From assembly GCA_965178125.1 (NCBI GenBank), contig OZ237764.1:744001-808000 (forward strand): a stretch of 64,000 nt of DNA. Reading direction: 5' to 3'. The notes under the pieces are model-generated. The model ran no database searches and had not been told where the DNA came from. It saw only the letters and a program-made list of their open reading frames with translations. Shown here in pieces: positions 11,941 through 23,845 of the stretch; the stretch's first letter is position 1, and every line of letters starts with the position of its first letter. This DNA is from Bilabrum cf. latius (lineage: Eukaryota). The position numbers and the translations under genes were made by a program.

Positions 11941-13848
11941 AGCCCCCAGCGATGTGGCTCGTCACACATTTTTGTCGCCACGAGACAAACATCTCGGATT
12001 GTCGCTCCCGCGCTGAGCGCCCGCCAAAAACGCGTAGATGAGACACTCCACAGACTATATCACGCACTGCTGCGCCTCTATCGAGAGGAAAAAGGAAGCA
12101 GGGCATTATCGCTGTTTTCTGATCATACTGTCTGATCGTAGCCTTTGGGTTCACTACAGGTTTTCGTTGACATCATGGCAGTTCAACCTCAGGCGTCAGA
12201 AACTTCAACCAGTAAGTGTTTTTGTAATGTATTCGCTTGTGTGCGATGCTTTGCAAGCCAGTACTGTGTACGTGAAGCATGTAATGACACGATAGTACTC
12301 CACATGATACTAAGGAGACAGAGTCTGATTCGTTGTTGACGTCAAACGAGCCGACACCCGTTCGGGGTGAAGCAGGGCTAACCCGAATCTTGCCCTTCTC
12401 GATCCGTACGAGCACGTGCTGCTCGTCGAATGCCGCATATATGATCAATCACGTTGTTTCTCAAACGGGGAAGCAGTTGGTACGTCAACATTCCTTTGGA
12501 CTTTCGACCGCGCAGTTCGGAAAATCCAAGTAGAGATCGACAACGACACCAGCGCTGAAGCTCGTGCAGCTGTAGAAAAACTCGACATCAATGGTGATGG
12601 GCGGATAGCCTTGTCTGAGCTAGTCGTCGCAACCAAGCAAATGGCCAGCCTTGAGCGCCATAACGAAAGCCTGCAGAATTCGATATACGGGCTGACTGCC
12701 ATCACGGTCCTGTCGCTCCTCGCGCTTTTCGGGGCATCGTACCTGGCGATAATCGCCGCGAAGGACTAGTACATTAGTGGGTCCGCAAGGCTTACGAACT
12801 CAGAGGGGCAAACGCTCGTCACGGCCGAGAACTCTAACCGTGACTTCGGAGGCAACGACTATCGCACGCTGCTCGGAACAACGTACAACTCACTGCTGAC
12901 GCTGAAGGATCTCATGATCACGACGCAACATGGCGTAACGAATCTGCAGATCGCCGGTTTTGACCGAATCGAGCAAGACGAAGCTGCTGGCGTCGAAGCG
13001 GAGCTTGTTCTGTATGGTCAATCAGGACACATGCTTAGAGTCACCCCCAACCTGGTGGAGTTTGCCATCCCTGTGATAGCGGGCGGGACAATCTAGACAG
13101 TGGATCTGTCTACGACTGAGAATTCCAACGGACGCCGCACCAAGACTGCATCCACTACGAGAGTCCCTGTGCCGAAGACGCCTCTACTCCGACTGTCTGA
13201 GGAAGACGTGAGGGCGCACTATGACGCAGGCCGTCTTCAGAACCTGCATGAGGACACTCATTACAGCATCTCTATCCCCATTCCGGGACTTGATCACACC
13301 AGCGTGGCACGTCGGCGTTTGCTCGAGGAGGAAGCCGCAACGCATGGCCGGCGTCTGTTCTTCCCTCTGTCCGCACCTCCAGTGGAGTTCAACCAGTTCG
13401 TCTACAGGACGATGGAACCAATACCGCTGAAGGAGCTGCGTGGTCCGAATGAATTCGAGCTCTACTCGCCTTTCTGAGCATGTGGGAGCGGCACAGGCCG
13501 GTCTCCATGCCCAGTTGACCAATCACGTGAGACGACCAGGTATGACCCATCCGTGATCGATCTGCAAGTTGCAGATGTAGCTTTGAGCGTAAGCAACTAC
13601 CCAACGGATCCCGGTCCGGGACTTCCCGGATCAAGCAGGCACGACAGGCTTCACGAGAAGAACGCGCCGGACATACGCGTGTGCTGCAATGGGATTAGTC
13701 TTGCTCGGTGATCCTTAGGGACCACCATGTGTTCGGTCGTTTCTGACTGCAATCCGATCAATCTTATTCTTTGGGTAGCGTACCCGTACAATTTTCTCTT
13801 TGTTCATACGGATATAAGAGCATCGCAACAAACTCACAACGCCGCTGG
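11941..13848 (+). repeat. Segmental duplication copy 1 (~1.9 kb)
   Basis: Direct repeat of 19303-21209; roughly 20 differences by manual comparison (~99% identity). Confidence 0.95.
12304..13477 (+). pseudogene. EF-hand + transmembrane protein, copy 1, with a 1-bp deletion just after the ATG
   Basis: ATGATACT here versus ATGGATACT in copy 2. EF-hand DINGDGRIALSEL and a TM helix; in-frame TAG at 12767 and 13094; TGA 13475-13477. Confidence 0.55.
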
Positions 13849-13898
13849 CACTGTCCCGAGGTACGCTGCAGGGCCAGCGGCGTTGTGAGTTTGTCGCG
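13824..13898. repeat. Hairpin: perfect 22-bp inverted repeat with 23-nt spacer
   Basis: ACAAACTCACAACGCCGCTGGC at 13828-13849 and its reverse complement at 13873-13894. Confidence 0.9.
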
Positions 13899-15611
13899 GA
13901 TGAGCGCCATGGAGAGCCACAAGGGCATGCCGCGCTCGAAGCGCCCGGCAACCGCGTGGACCCGTCAGGCATTCCATTCGTAGGTCCCGATCGAGGACTC
14001 GTGGAGCTCTGGCTGCTTCTTTTCTAGCCAGAGGGCCCTCCACTGGCAGAGGACCCCGAGCGAATGAGGCTCACCCTGCCAGCTGCCGCCCGCCTCGAAG
14101 CTGGTATCGCTGCCGCCGAGTCCAGAGCCGGCCGCAATGGACCGGGGATCCTCACGCTGCGAGGCGCTGAGACCTTGTTGGCCTCTCCAACCACCATGTT
14201 AACCGTGTGATAAATCTTGATACCGCAAGGTTAACATCGCCCAGGACAAGTGCCTCGCAAACAGTCCAGCCTTGCCTGCTAGCCAGAATCAATGTATATT
14301 TTCCCATGCGGCACCGGCAGCCCAGCTACTTCAAGTTGCGTGATCAAAATAAGCTCAACTGGCATGTTGAAGGTGGCCGGTGCTTGGCAAAAGCAGCACC
14401 ATGATGAGTTCCGTGGGTTAGCCTAGCCTTCAAATTACCGCAAATTATCACACTCGAATCATCTTTTTCAGCGAAGCTTCCCGGAGCGATGAGGAGTATG
14501 CAAATGATAGTCCGCTAAACAAGCCGCTAGAGCGTGCCATAGATGATCGGATACCGTGGTGACCTAGATTAACTCAGTGATTTAGTCAGATCTGGATTCA
14601 GTGAATAATACCAGGAACTTAGTAATTGATACTTTGTCTGGTTTTCTACCCTATTAAGTATAAATATCGGATTGACTCGGAGAGATTTCTTGATAGACCC
14701 CGGGCCAGACGGAACTGCAGCCTGCTTGAGTCCACAGAAAATCAAGGTTCGTTCGTCCGTTCCTTCGTATCCACATCAAAATCACCACTCCATACTTGCC
14801 ATGTCCAAGCCACTTTGCTGTAAGTTTATGCACATGTATATTGCATGTTTATTTCGCTTGCGTTGCTTTCGAGGTGCGCCAAGATTCCACGTCCTCTGGT
14901 ACTATTATCATCAGGCAAACCCCTTGACTATTGCAGCCTATGACCGAATCGGATGGATGAATGCTACAGTACAACCAAAGCCAGATCCCGGGTCGCACCA
15001 TTGCTCCGTGAGATATCAATTTTGGACTGAGAAGCTTGAGCACTGTTGGGTTCGCGTGCGAATTGCAGCAAGCCGGGAGCACCGAATCAACCAAAGGATC
15101 CGACATGCTTCCGCGGCTATGATGGTAATATTGTCTTGAAGTATGATGGTAGCCCAACATTGCTTCATTATTGTCCTTCTGGTCCGCATTATCGTGATGG
15201 GTGGGTGCTTCGCAGCACCTGGAGAATGGCTTAGTCTTGCTTAGGCAGACCGCTCTGGGTACAATAGTGCATTGAGTAATGTTGCGAATATTGATTACGC
15301 ACAGCTGTGCTCCAAATTGACTCAATGCTGCGAGTTGTATAGTGGTTTGAGGTTCGAGTGATGGTGTAAGGAGACCGAGTCTGATTCGTTGTTAACGTCA
15401 TATGAGATTATAGACGTCTGTGCAATGAGGATGGCTATGGGAAAAAGGAGATCGCGGCAACACCTTGTCCGTAGGTGGGAAGATAAATTGCTGCGTTAGA
15501 CATCGTAAAGTGATAAACGGAAGAGGGCAGGCCACAAAGTTTGCTGCCTGCATTCGGGGTGGAAGAGCTCAGGACTGTCAAATCGTCTTATGGTCTTTTG
15601 ATTTTGACCGC

Positions 15612-18586
15612 ATGGCTTCTATTGCATGTGCAGACGCAGTCCGCTTGGTGTATTGCCGCGATGTGCGAGCCCGGCTCAAGCAGTTTTTCTGTCGTGCTTT
15701 GAATGTTTGCGAGGCCGAGTGCCACCAGCTTGGACTTGTTGCGTCCCGGGTATCCGAATCAGACTGTGTTATTATTTTATACCTTATCAATGCGCTACCA
15801 TTGGACTTGCGTTGCGTATCTAGTGGAAGCTCAGGCTCAGAGCATCGAGTGAGCTGCCGACTTCGACAGTTGTGGATAAAGTTGATACAACGCGTGCTCT
15901 TTAGTAGTGCTCCATATCGCAGGGGGTGTTGCTGACCCTCTGCATCCCTGTGGTCATTGCCATTTATATCGTGTCTGTGGTTGCGGAGCTGGACATCAAT
16001 CCGTTCGAGAATACGGCCGAGACTTTCGTGACCAGCGATCCTCGCACAGTTCAGATCATCTGCGAGGCACCGGGAGGTTGCCTGCTGGAGCGCAAGTACA
16101 CGTACACGTCCGGGCCATCGCGCGACTGCGCCCCCCCTCGCGCGTGAGCAAGCATGTCATCTCTGCTTGGCCAGGCCACAAGTGCCGGACGTAGGTTCTC
16201 TCTTTGCTCTGTCTTCAAACAACGCTCTTGTGCCACACAACACCTTGCTCTTGTATAATTGCCTGTTACATATATCAATCCGTTTGAATCGCAGCAAGGA
16301 TGCCGGTGTTTGCATCTCGCTTGCCTACAAGCGAGCGCTGCGCCTGCCCATCTGCGCCAGTCCCGCCGCCAACGACGGCATCATCGTATACTGGAACAGG
16401 ACCGCCAACGTGGCTGCCCTGAAGAGAACCACCACCGCGACGACCACGCGCCGCCTGGCTCGCATCCAGTCCCGTGACACCCCCGTGCACGAAGTCAATA
16501 CCATCAGCGGTGCGCAGAGCAGGCTGGACTGGGCCTGGGTGCGGCCAGCTTCCTTCCCTGGCCACCTGTATCCAGTCACCGAGGACACTCGCATCGCCGC
16601 TGTGGACGTGCAGCAGGACGAAGCGGAGCGCGTACAGATACGTGCAGGCATCCTGCGGGCCTTGCGTCGCCGCGCAGCGATCAAGGCGCGCCGGCTGGCT
16701 GACGACACTGGCGTAGGCGGCGGTGATGACACTGGCGCAGGCGGCGGTGATGACACTGGCGCAGGCGGCGGTGATGACACTGGCGTAGGCGGCGGTGATG
16801 ACACTGGCGTAGGCGGCGGTGATGACACTGGCGCAGGCGGCGGTGATGACACTGGCGTAGGCGGCGGTGATGACACTGGCGTAGGCGGCGGTGATGACAC
16901 TGGCGTAGGCGGCGGTGATGACACTGGCGCAGGCGGCGGTGATGACACTGGCGTAGGCGGCGGTGATGACACTGGCGTAGGCGGCGGTGATGACACTGGC
17001 GTAGGCGGCGGTGATGACACTGGCGTAGGCGGCGGTGATGACACTGGCGTAGGCGGCGGTGATGACACTGGTGACGACTCTTTCGGTGGGCCCGGCGGTG
17101 CAGTGAGCTGTTTCTTTGTATAGGGTCCACGCCTACACAGCCTGGTGTGCATGCTCACATTGTACGATTTGCTTCCTCGTGTCTCCTTCTCTATGCCTGC
17201 CAGCAGGACGACTTTTTCGATGACGACTTTTTCGATGACGACTTCTTCCGCTTCGACCCTGGTGAGTGGATGCGCCCTTCGCTGGAGTGATGCTGTGAAT
17301 CTCTTGCACATCGGCAGTCAGTATGCCGCGAGATATTGCAAGCCCTGTTTCGTCAATGTTGCACGTGCTCGCGCAGGTGCCGGCTTCCAGGACGACTACT
17401 ATGGCGGTCTTGAGACCCTCTCCGACGAGGAGCTTGGCCAGTTCTTTGGGGAGGACTTCGGCGGCGCGGACGGATTCGGCGGCGCATACGGTGACGACGA
17501 GTGGCAGACGGACCTAAACCCCAACACGTGGAACCAGTGGGATGACGGGGAGGCGCCTCCCGTGGAGTCCTAGTCTGCGCTGAGCGAAGCCAAGAAGGAA
17601 GGGTGAGAGCCGACATGAGCCAGTGCATAGTGGTACAAGCATGTGAATTGTCTCTCGTGCGCGAGCAGCCTTGACAGGTGTTTGCACATCTTCTGCCTTG
17701 AGCACGGTCACTCTTCTCCTCATTCCCCTCTAATCGTGCACACCTAGTCCGCAGCTTCGACACCGAGTACTCGTACACGGACTTCAACCGCGGCCGTCCC
17801 ACCGCCGAGGTTGGCATCTCCATCCGCTCCGAGATCCTGTCCCTGCGAGACAACCCTTCAGGCAAGAAGGAGCTGCTGCGGTCAGTGGGTGGCGTGCCCA
17901 TCGCCCGTGGTCGTGTGCTGCTCCAGCACCACTCGTCCTCGTACAAGGAGGGCGGCAGCCTCAACAGTGACCCCCAGGGGGCCCGCCTGTCCACTGGCTA
18001 CCTCGCCATCGCCACCGACCGCTCGTCCACATTCAGCAATGACGACATCAAGGAGACACTCGGGACGCAAAACCGGACGTCGTGCCTGTGGAGGGTCATC
18101 AGGGCCGTCAACCGCACCATAATCTCGGCCACCGACGCTGGCTTCATCCGGTTGGAAGGCAAGAACGCCGCAGTGCCCGTGCCCGTGCCGGCAATCGAAG
18201 CTTTGAACGACATCAACGGAGACTACTCCATGGCTCAGGTGGTGCTGTCGGGGCAGCGGTCCAGTGGCACCATCGTAAAGCGGTCCTGGGAGTACATTCT
18301 GGGTGCGGCCGGTGGTTTCGTGACCCTCATCATGGGTACCTTTGCCAGTGTGGCAGGGGGCATCCGGACCTTTGACGCGATGGTATGCGGTGGGTGTCTG
18401 AGCTGCGGGTCTATCGAGCCCACCAAGGACGAGCTAACCAAGAAGACCAAAGACGCCGACGACGGGGGGGACAGCAAGCCGGCCGAGGGCTCATCCTAGA
18501 GCACGGTGGCTCCGCCTACCGCACCGGCCCCCCAGACCATAAACCCGCAGATAGATGCGAAGGCCGGTCTCGCGGATGAGGTGTGA
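15612..18586 (+). CDS. Multi-exon membrane protein with two TM helices and a large extracellular loop (5' start uncertain)
   Basis: TM1 GVLLTLCIPVVIAIYIVSVV and TM2 YILGAAGGFVTLIMGTFASV. Several GTGAG..CAG introns join in phase. In-frame TAG at 17571 and 18497; ends TGA 18584-18586. Confidence 0.65.
16701..17072 (+). repeat. 24-bp coding minisatellite, 15.5 copies, encoding DDTG(V/A)GGG
   Basis: Unit GAYGACACTGGCGYAGGCGGCGGT; essentially a single T/C polymorphism between units. Confidence 0.95.
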
Positions 18587-19302
18587 CCCCGAGACTACGG
18601 GGCCTCTAGCACGCATCGATCAACTGTAATAGTCTACGTGCTTGGGTCGGAGGCTCAGTGGGGCTCGTCCGCCGCGACTCCGCTTGTTCGGTTGGTGGAC
18701 AACCTTACCCAACGCTGGGCCTACCTGGCTCTTGCTTCATCATTACACACTTTTGACTGGGTTTGAATGCCCGTCGGGCATGCATTAGCTTGCTTGGAAC
18801 TGAGATTTCCGGCATGTTTCGGTTCCCCTCACTGGGGGGGGAGGGGGGGACTATCGCTTATGATGCCTCTACAGGCCCTGGCGTGTGTAGTCCATTGGAT
18901 TCCACCAGCGGGTTCCCTGTTTAGGTGCGCGTTATTTTAGCTACAGTTTTTGGATTCTCGCATTTGTGAGCTACGTGCTAAAACTCAATCTGACCACTCT
19001 CTCACCAGCTGCTGCTGCAGGATAGCTGTCTAGCTATCCAATATGATGAAGTTGGTGTGGGCGGCGGCACTGAATGCAATCCAAAGCGTGTATTAACACA
19101 GGACGCACAGCAGCGTGCATCAAGCAATGTCGCTCCTCCGCGGAGGCGTATCCCAGCTTACATGCTGTGCGGCGTGACCCAATGGCCGAGAGCCTGTTGA
19201 TCCGTTCAACCTATGCAGCGCGGGGTCCCCTCGGGTTGGTCGTTGTAGCCAGCGTATTACTTGACAGTCCTGCCGCAGCGTGCCTGCATGAATTAGCCTC
19301 CC

Positions 19303-21209
19303 AGCTCCCAACAATGTGGCTCGTCACACATTTTTGTCGCCACGAGACAAACATCTCGGATTGTCGCTCCCGCGCTGAGCGCCCGCAAAACGCGTAGATG
19401 AGACACTCCACAGACTATATCACGCACTGCTGCGCCTCTATCGAGAGGCAAAAGGAAGCAGGGCATTATCGCTGTTTTCTGATCATACTGTCTGATCGTA
19501 GCCTTTGGGTTCACTACAGGTTTTCGTTGACATCATGGCAGTTCAACCTCAGGCGTCAGAAACTTCAACCAGTAAGTGTTTTTGTACTGTATTCGCTTGT
19601 GTGCGATGCTTTGCAAGCCAGTACTGTGTACGTGAAGCATGCAATGGCACGATAGTACTCCACATGGATACTAAGGAGACAGAGTCTGATTCGTTGTTGA
19701 CGTCAAACGAGCCGACACCCGTTCGGGGTGAAGCAGGGCTAACCCGAATCTTGCCCTTCTCGATCCGTACGAGCACGTGCTGCTCGTCGAATGCCGCATA
19801 TATGATCAATCACGTTGTTTCTCAAACGGGGAAGCAGTTGGTACGTCAACATTCCTTTGGACTTTCGACCGCGCAGTTCGGAAAATCCAAGTAGAGATCG
19901 ACAACGACACCAGCGCTGAAGCTCGTGCAGCTGTAGAAAAACTCGACATCAATGGTGATGGGCGCATAGCCTTATCTGAGCTAGTCGTCGCAACCAAGCA
20001 AATGGCCAGCCTTGAGCGCCATAACGAAAGCCTGCAGAATTCGATATACGGGCTGACTGCCATCACGGTCCTGTCGCTCCTCGCGCTTTTCGGGGCATCG
20101 TACCTGGCGATAATCGCCGCGAAGGACTAGTACATTAGTGGGTCCGCCAGGCTTACGAACTCAGATGGGCAAACGCTCGTCACGGCCGAGAACTCTAACC
20201 GTGACTTCGGAGGCAGCGACTATCGCACGCTGCTCGGAACAACGTACAACTCACTGCTGACGCTGAAGGATCTCATGATCACGACGCAGCATGGCGTAAC
20301 GAATCTGCAGATCGCCGGTTTTGACCGAATCGAGCAAGACGAAGCTGCTGGCGTCGAAGCGGAGCTTGTTCTGTATGGTCAATCAGGACACATGCTTAGA
20401 GTCACCCCCAACCTGGTGGAGTTTGCCATCCCTGTGATAGCGGGCGGGACAATCTAGACAGTGGATCTGTCTACGACTGAGAATTCCAACGGACGCCGCA
20501 CCAAGACTGCATCCACTACGAGAGTCCCTGTGCCGAAGACGCCTCTACTCCGACTGTCTGAGGAAGACGTGAGGGCGCACTATGACGCAGGCCGTCTTCA
20601 GAACCTGCATGAGGACACTCATTACAGCATCTCTATCCCCATTCCGGGACTTGATCACACCAGCGTGGCACGTCGGCGTTTGCTCGAGGAGGAAGCCGCA
20701 ACGCATGGCCGGCGTCTGTTCTTCCCTCTGTCCGCACCTCCAGTGGAGTTCAACCAGTTCGTCTACAGGACGATGGAACCAATACCGCTGAAGGAGCTGC
20801 ATGGTCCGAATGAATTCGAGCTCTACTCGCCTTTCTGAGCATGTGGGAGCGGCACAGGCCGGTCTCCATGCCCAGTTGACCAGTCACGTGAGACGACCAG
20901 GTATGACCCATCCGTGATCGATCTGCAAGTTACAGATGTAGCTTCGGGCGTAAGCAACTACCCAACGGATCCCGGTCCGGGACTTCCCGGATCAAGCAGG
21001 CACGACAGGCTTCACGAGAAGAACGCGCCGGACATACGCGTGTGCTGCTATGGGATTAGTCTTGCTCGGTGATCCTTAGGGACCACCATGTGTTCGGTCG
21101 TTTCTGACTGCAATCCGATCAATCTTATTCTTTGGGTAGCGTACCCGTACAATTTTCTCTTTGTTCATACGGATATAAGAGCATCGCAACAAACTCACAA
21201 CGCCACTGG
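19303..21209 (+). repeat. Segmental duplication copy 2 (~1.9 kb)
   Basis: Direct repeat of 11941-13848. Confidence 0.95.
19664..20838 (+). CDS. EF-hand + transmembrane protein, copy 2 (apparently intact)
   Basis: MDTKETESDSLL... joined by inferred intron 19728-19876 to RKIQVEID...DINGDGRIALSEL and a TM helix. In-frame TAG at 20128 and 20455; TGA 20836-20838. Confidence 0.65.
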
Positions 21210-21532
21210 GCTTGCTCCATTCTTGGATCCGGATCCTGGATCCATCTCGCTTTCCAGATCAAGCGAAAGACTGTGGTCCGGCGATTTATTGGGCCAAAGG
21301 GCCGGATGGTCAGCTGGTGGCGGCTAGGTTTATGTAATCTACGGGACCAAAAGTTCGTGCAATTACTCGGTCTCCTCATACGGGACATTAAAGTCAACAC
21401 TGGCGAGCGCTGCCCCTTGCCTCCCGCAGCAGCTTATTATCGCTCAGCGCTTTCTCTGTGACCGCTGCTTCCTCAGTCTGCCACCCGTCGGATCCAGGAT
21501 CATTAAGCAAAAACGAACAACCAGCGGCATTT

Positions 21533-23678
21533 TCAGCCTTTCTTTCCATTCATACTCGAAGTACTCGGCCATCTGGATCTAGATTCCAGATGTCGCACCC
21601 CTGCTTTTTCGCTCGGTTTCTGCCCTAGCCATGGCGTCCAATACCCGCTGTGGTTGTCTGGATTCGACTCAGGCACCGTTGGGCCGTGTCCATCAGGCAG
21701 CGACTGATCGATGTACTCGTCCAGCCGAGCCAGCATGCGCTGGGCCACCTCGGGGTACTGAAGGATCACGTCCTTCTCCTAGTATGGGTCACTCGTCACA
21801 TCGAATAGGTACGTGATCCGAGCGTCGGGCCCCAGCCGCACGAACCCATCCGACCCTACCGGAGAGGGCGACGAGAAGGCAGGCAGCTGACCCCGCCGCT
21901 CCGTACGCCCCCTGACCTCCTGTACCAGCCTATGGCCCCACTCGCCCCATCGGATGGACCTCTCCCGGCGAAGCAGATCCCAGCTGTCGAGCTGCCGCAG
22001 TGCGTTGCACTCCCGATCCACTCGGGCCGCCAGGTTCGCCGTGTTCTCCGCGCCGTCACTCGTCACGCGCTCCACTAGCGCGGCGGAGCACTCTCTGAAC
22101 TCGCGCAGAGCCTCCGGGCCCGTGGGAATAGAGGGGTCTGGGTAGCGCCTCTGGCCACCGTGATGCACACTCGTCACACCACAATCAACGGCAGCGTCAG
22201 CCGAGAACGGGTCGGGCCCCAGACCCACCTCGGAGGGAGGCACGCTGGACGAGGAACCGGGAGGATACCACCCGTCCGGCTCCCCAGGATCGATCAGAAG
22301 CTTCCACTGCCTGGTGCTGGTACCGGCATCGGGGGCAGGATCACCACTCCCCAAGTGACCACCACTCTCCAACTGCACCCACACCAGCCCGGCGTACCCG
22401 CAGCAGCCACGCGGGCCGGGTGTGGCCAGCGGGTCGTAGTTCAGCAGCGTTTCATTCCGGACGGCGTCCCGGCTGTTCGCGAGCCCGGTCACGGCAGACC
22501 ACACCCTAGACGGTGCGGCACCGTCCAGCGGAAAACCGGAACTCCTGTTCCCCGCCCCGGCCGCCTCCACTGCCAGCTGGAAGAGATCAACTGCGTGCAT
22601 GAGGGCGCCCGTCTCCTGCCCCCGCGCCCTGGCAGGCACTCCGGCGCCCCACACGAAGGCCAGGCCGTCTCCCCACAGGGTGTGCTTGGAGCCCCGCTGT
22701 GGGTAGTTGGAGCCACCGATGGCCGTGTTGGTCGCGTTTGGGCCTGTGGGCGGGGTGGGGGCTGGGTTCTCGTTGGTGAAGATGACGAGCGTGTCGTTCA
22801 AGTACCCCGCCTCCTCGAGCGCACTCGTCACGTTGGCGAGCTGCTCGTCTACGGCCCGGACCATGCCTGAGAAAGCCCTGCGGTTCTCGTCCGGGATGCT
22901 TGCGTTGGGGTAGCCCGCAGGAGGCTCCTGCGGCGAGTGGTTGTCCTGGCAGGCGTAGTACATGAACAGGGGCTTGTCGCTTCCGCTGGACTTGTGCGCC
23001 TAGATCACCTCTCTTGCACCCCTGACGTACGTGAATGCACTGTACTCGCCGGTGACAGGGGCGGGGCTGGTCCAGTTGCGGGCGTCGATTCCCTTCATCT
23101 TGCCTTGACCAGTGACGCGAGTGTAGTAATCTTCCTCTCCCGCCAGAAAATACGCAGGCGCGTAGTCAAAGCTCCTTCCGGGGGGCGTCATGCCCCAGTG
23201 AGACGACCCGATGTGCATCTTGCCGATAGCTGCCGTTGCGTATCCCGCCTGCTACATTGCGACTGACAGGAGCGTCTCGTTCAGGTATAGCCCGAAGACC
23301 TCATTCATGTTGTAAGTGTGATGGAGCAAACCATATCGGATCGGATATCGCGATGTAAGAAAGCTGGTGCGGGACGGGCTACACCTGCGAAACGAGTCGA
23401 ACAGCTGCATGGTCCAGACCAACGAGCATGTGCGCTCCACACTAGCGCACGAGCCACTCCAAGCGGTCGAACTGTGCCTCTTACACTGGTTGGACGTAGT
23501 AGTTTGACAAGCGAACCGCTTCTCCCGCGAATTTGTCAATCGTGGGCGTCTGGATGTCTGGCGATCCCAAGTACGAAAGGTCTGCTGTGCCGGTGTCATC
23601 CGTGACAAAGAATAAAACATGCGGGGACTTTCTGGCTAGACTAGTAGCTGCAAGAAAAGCGATTGCGGATACAAGCAT
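21533..23678 (-). CDS. Arylsulfatase (formylglycine-dependent, ARSB-like)
   Basis: Signal peptide and PHVLFFVTDD. Intron 23385-23484 restores YVQPVCSPSR (CxPSR motif); also AGYATAAIGKMH and KPLFMY. In-frame TAG at 23252, 23000, 21779; ends TGA 21533-21535. Confidence 0.9.
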
Positions 23679-23845
23679 AAGCAGCGCAGTGTTGTCTGCG
23701 CGATCTTCTGTGCCGAAGTGCACAAAGGCTTTGTGCAGAATTACGACTCCGAACGAGACACACTGGTGGGGATCTACTAGTGTATAGGCCTACCACTTGC
23801 TTGCTCGCAACCATTAAACTCATCCACGATCCCCTGATACTGTCC

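Noticed and set aside
14200-15360. Short ORFs in the AT-richer spacer
   Set aside because: No coherent frame or motif recognised, even allowing TAG as sense; treated as intergenic.
16701-17072. CRISPR array
   Set aside because: Contiguous 24-bp tandem units with no spacers, in-frame within an exon.
11941-21209. LTR retrotransposon (direct repeats flanking an internal region)
   Set aside because: The repeats contain a cellular-type gene and lack TG..CA ends and a TSD; the interior has no gag/pol.
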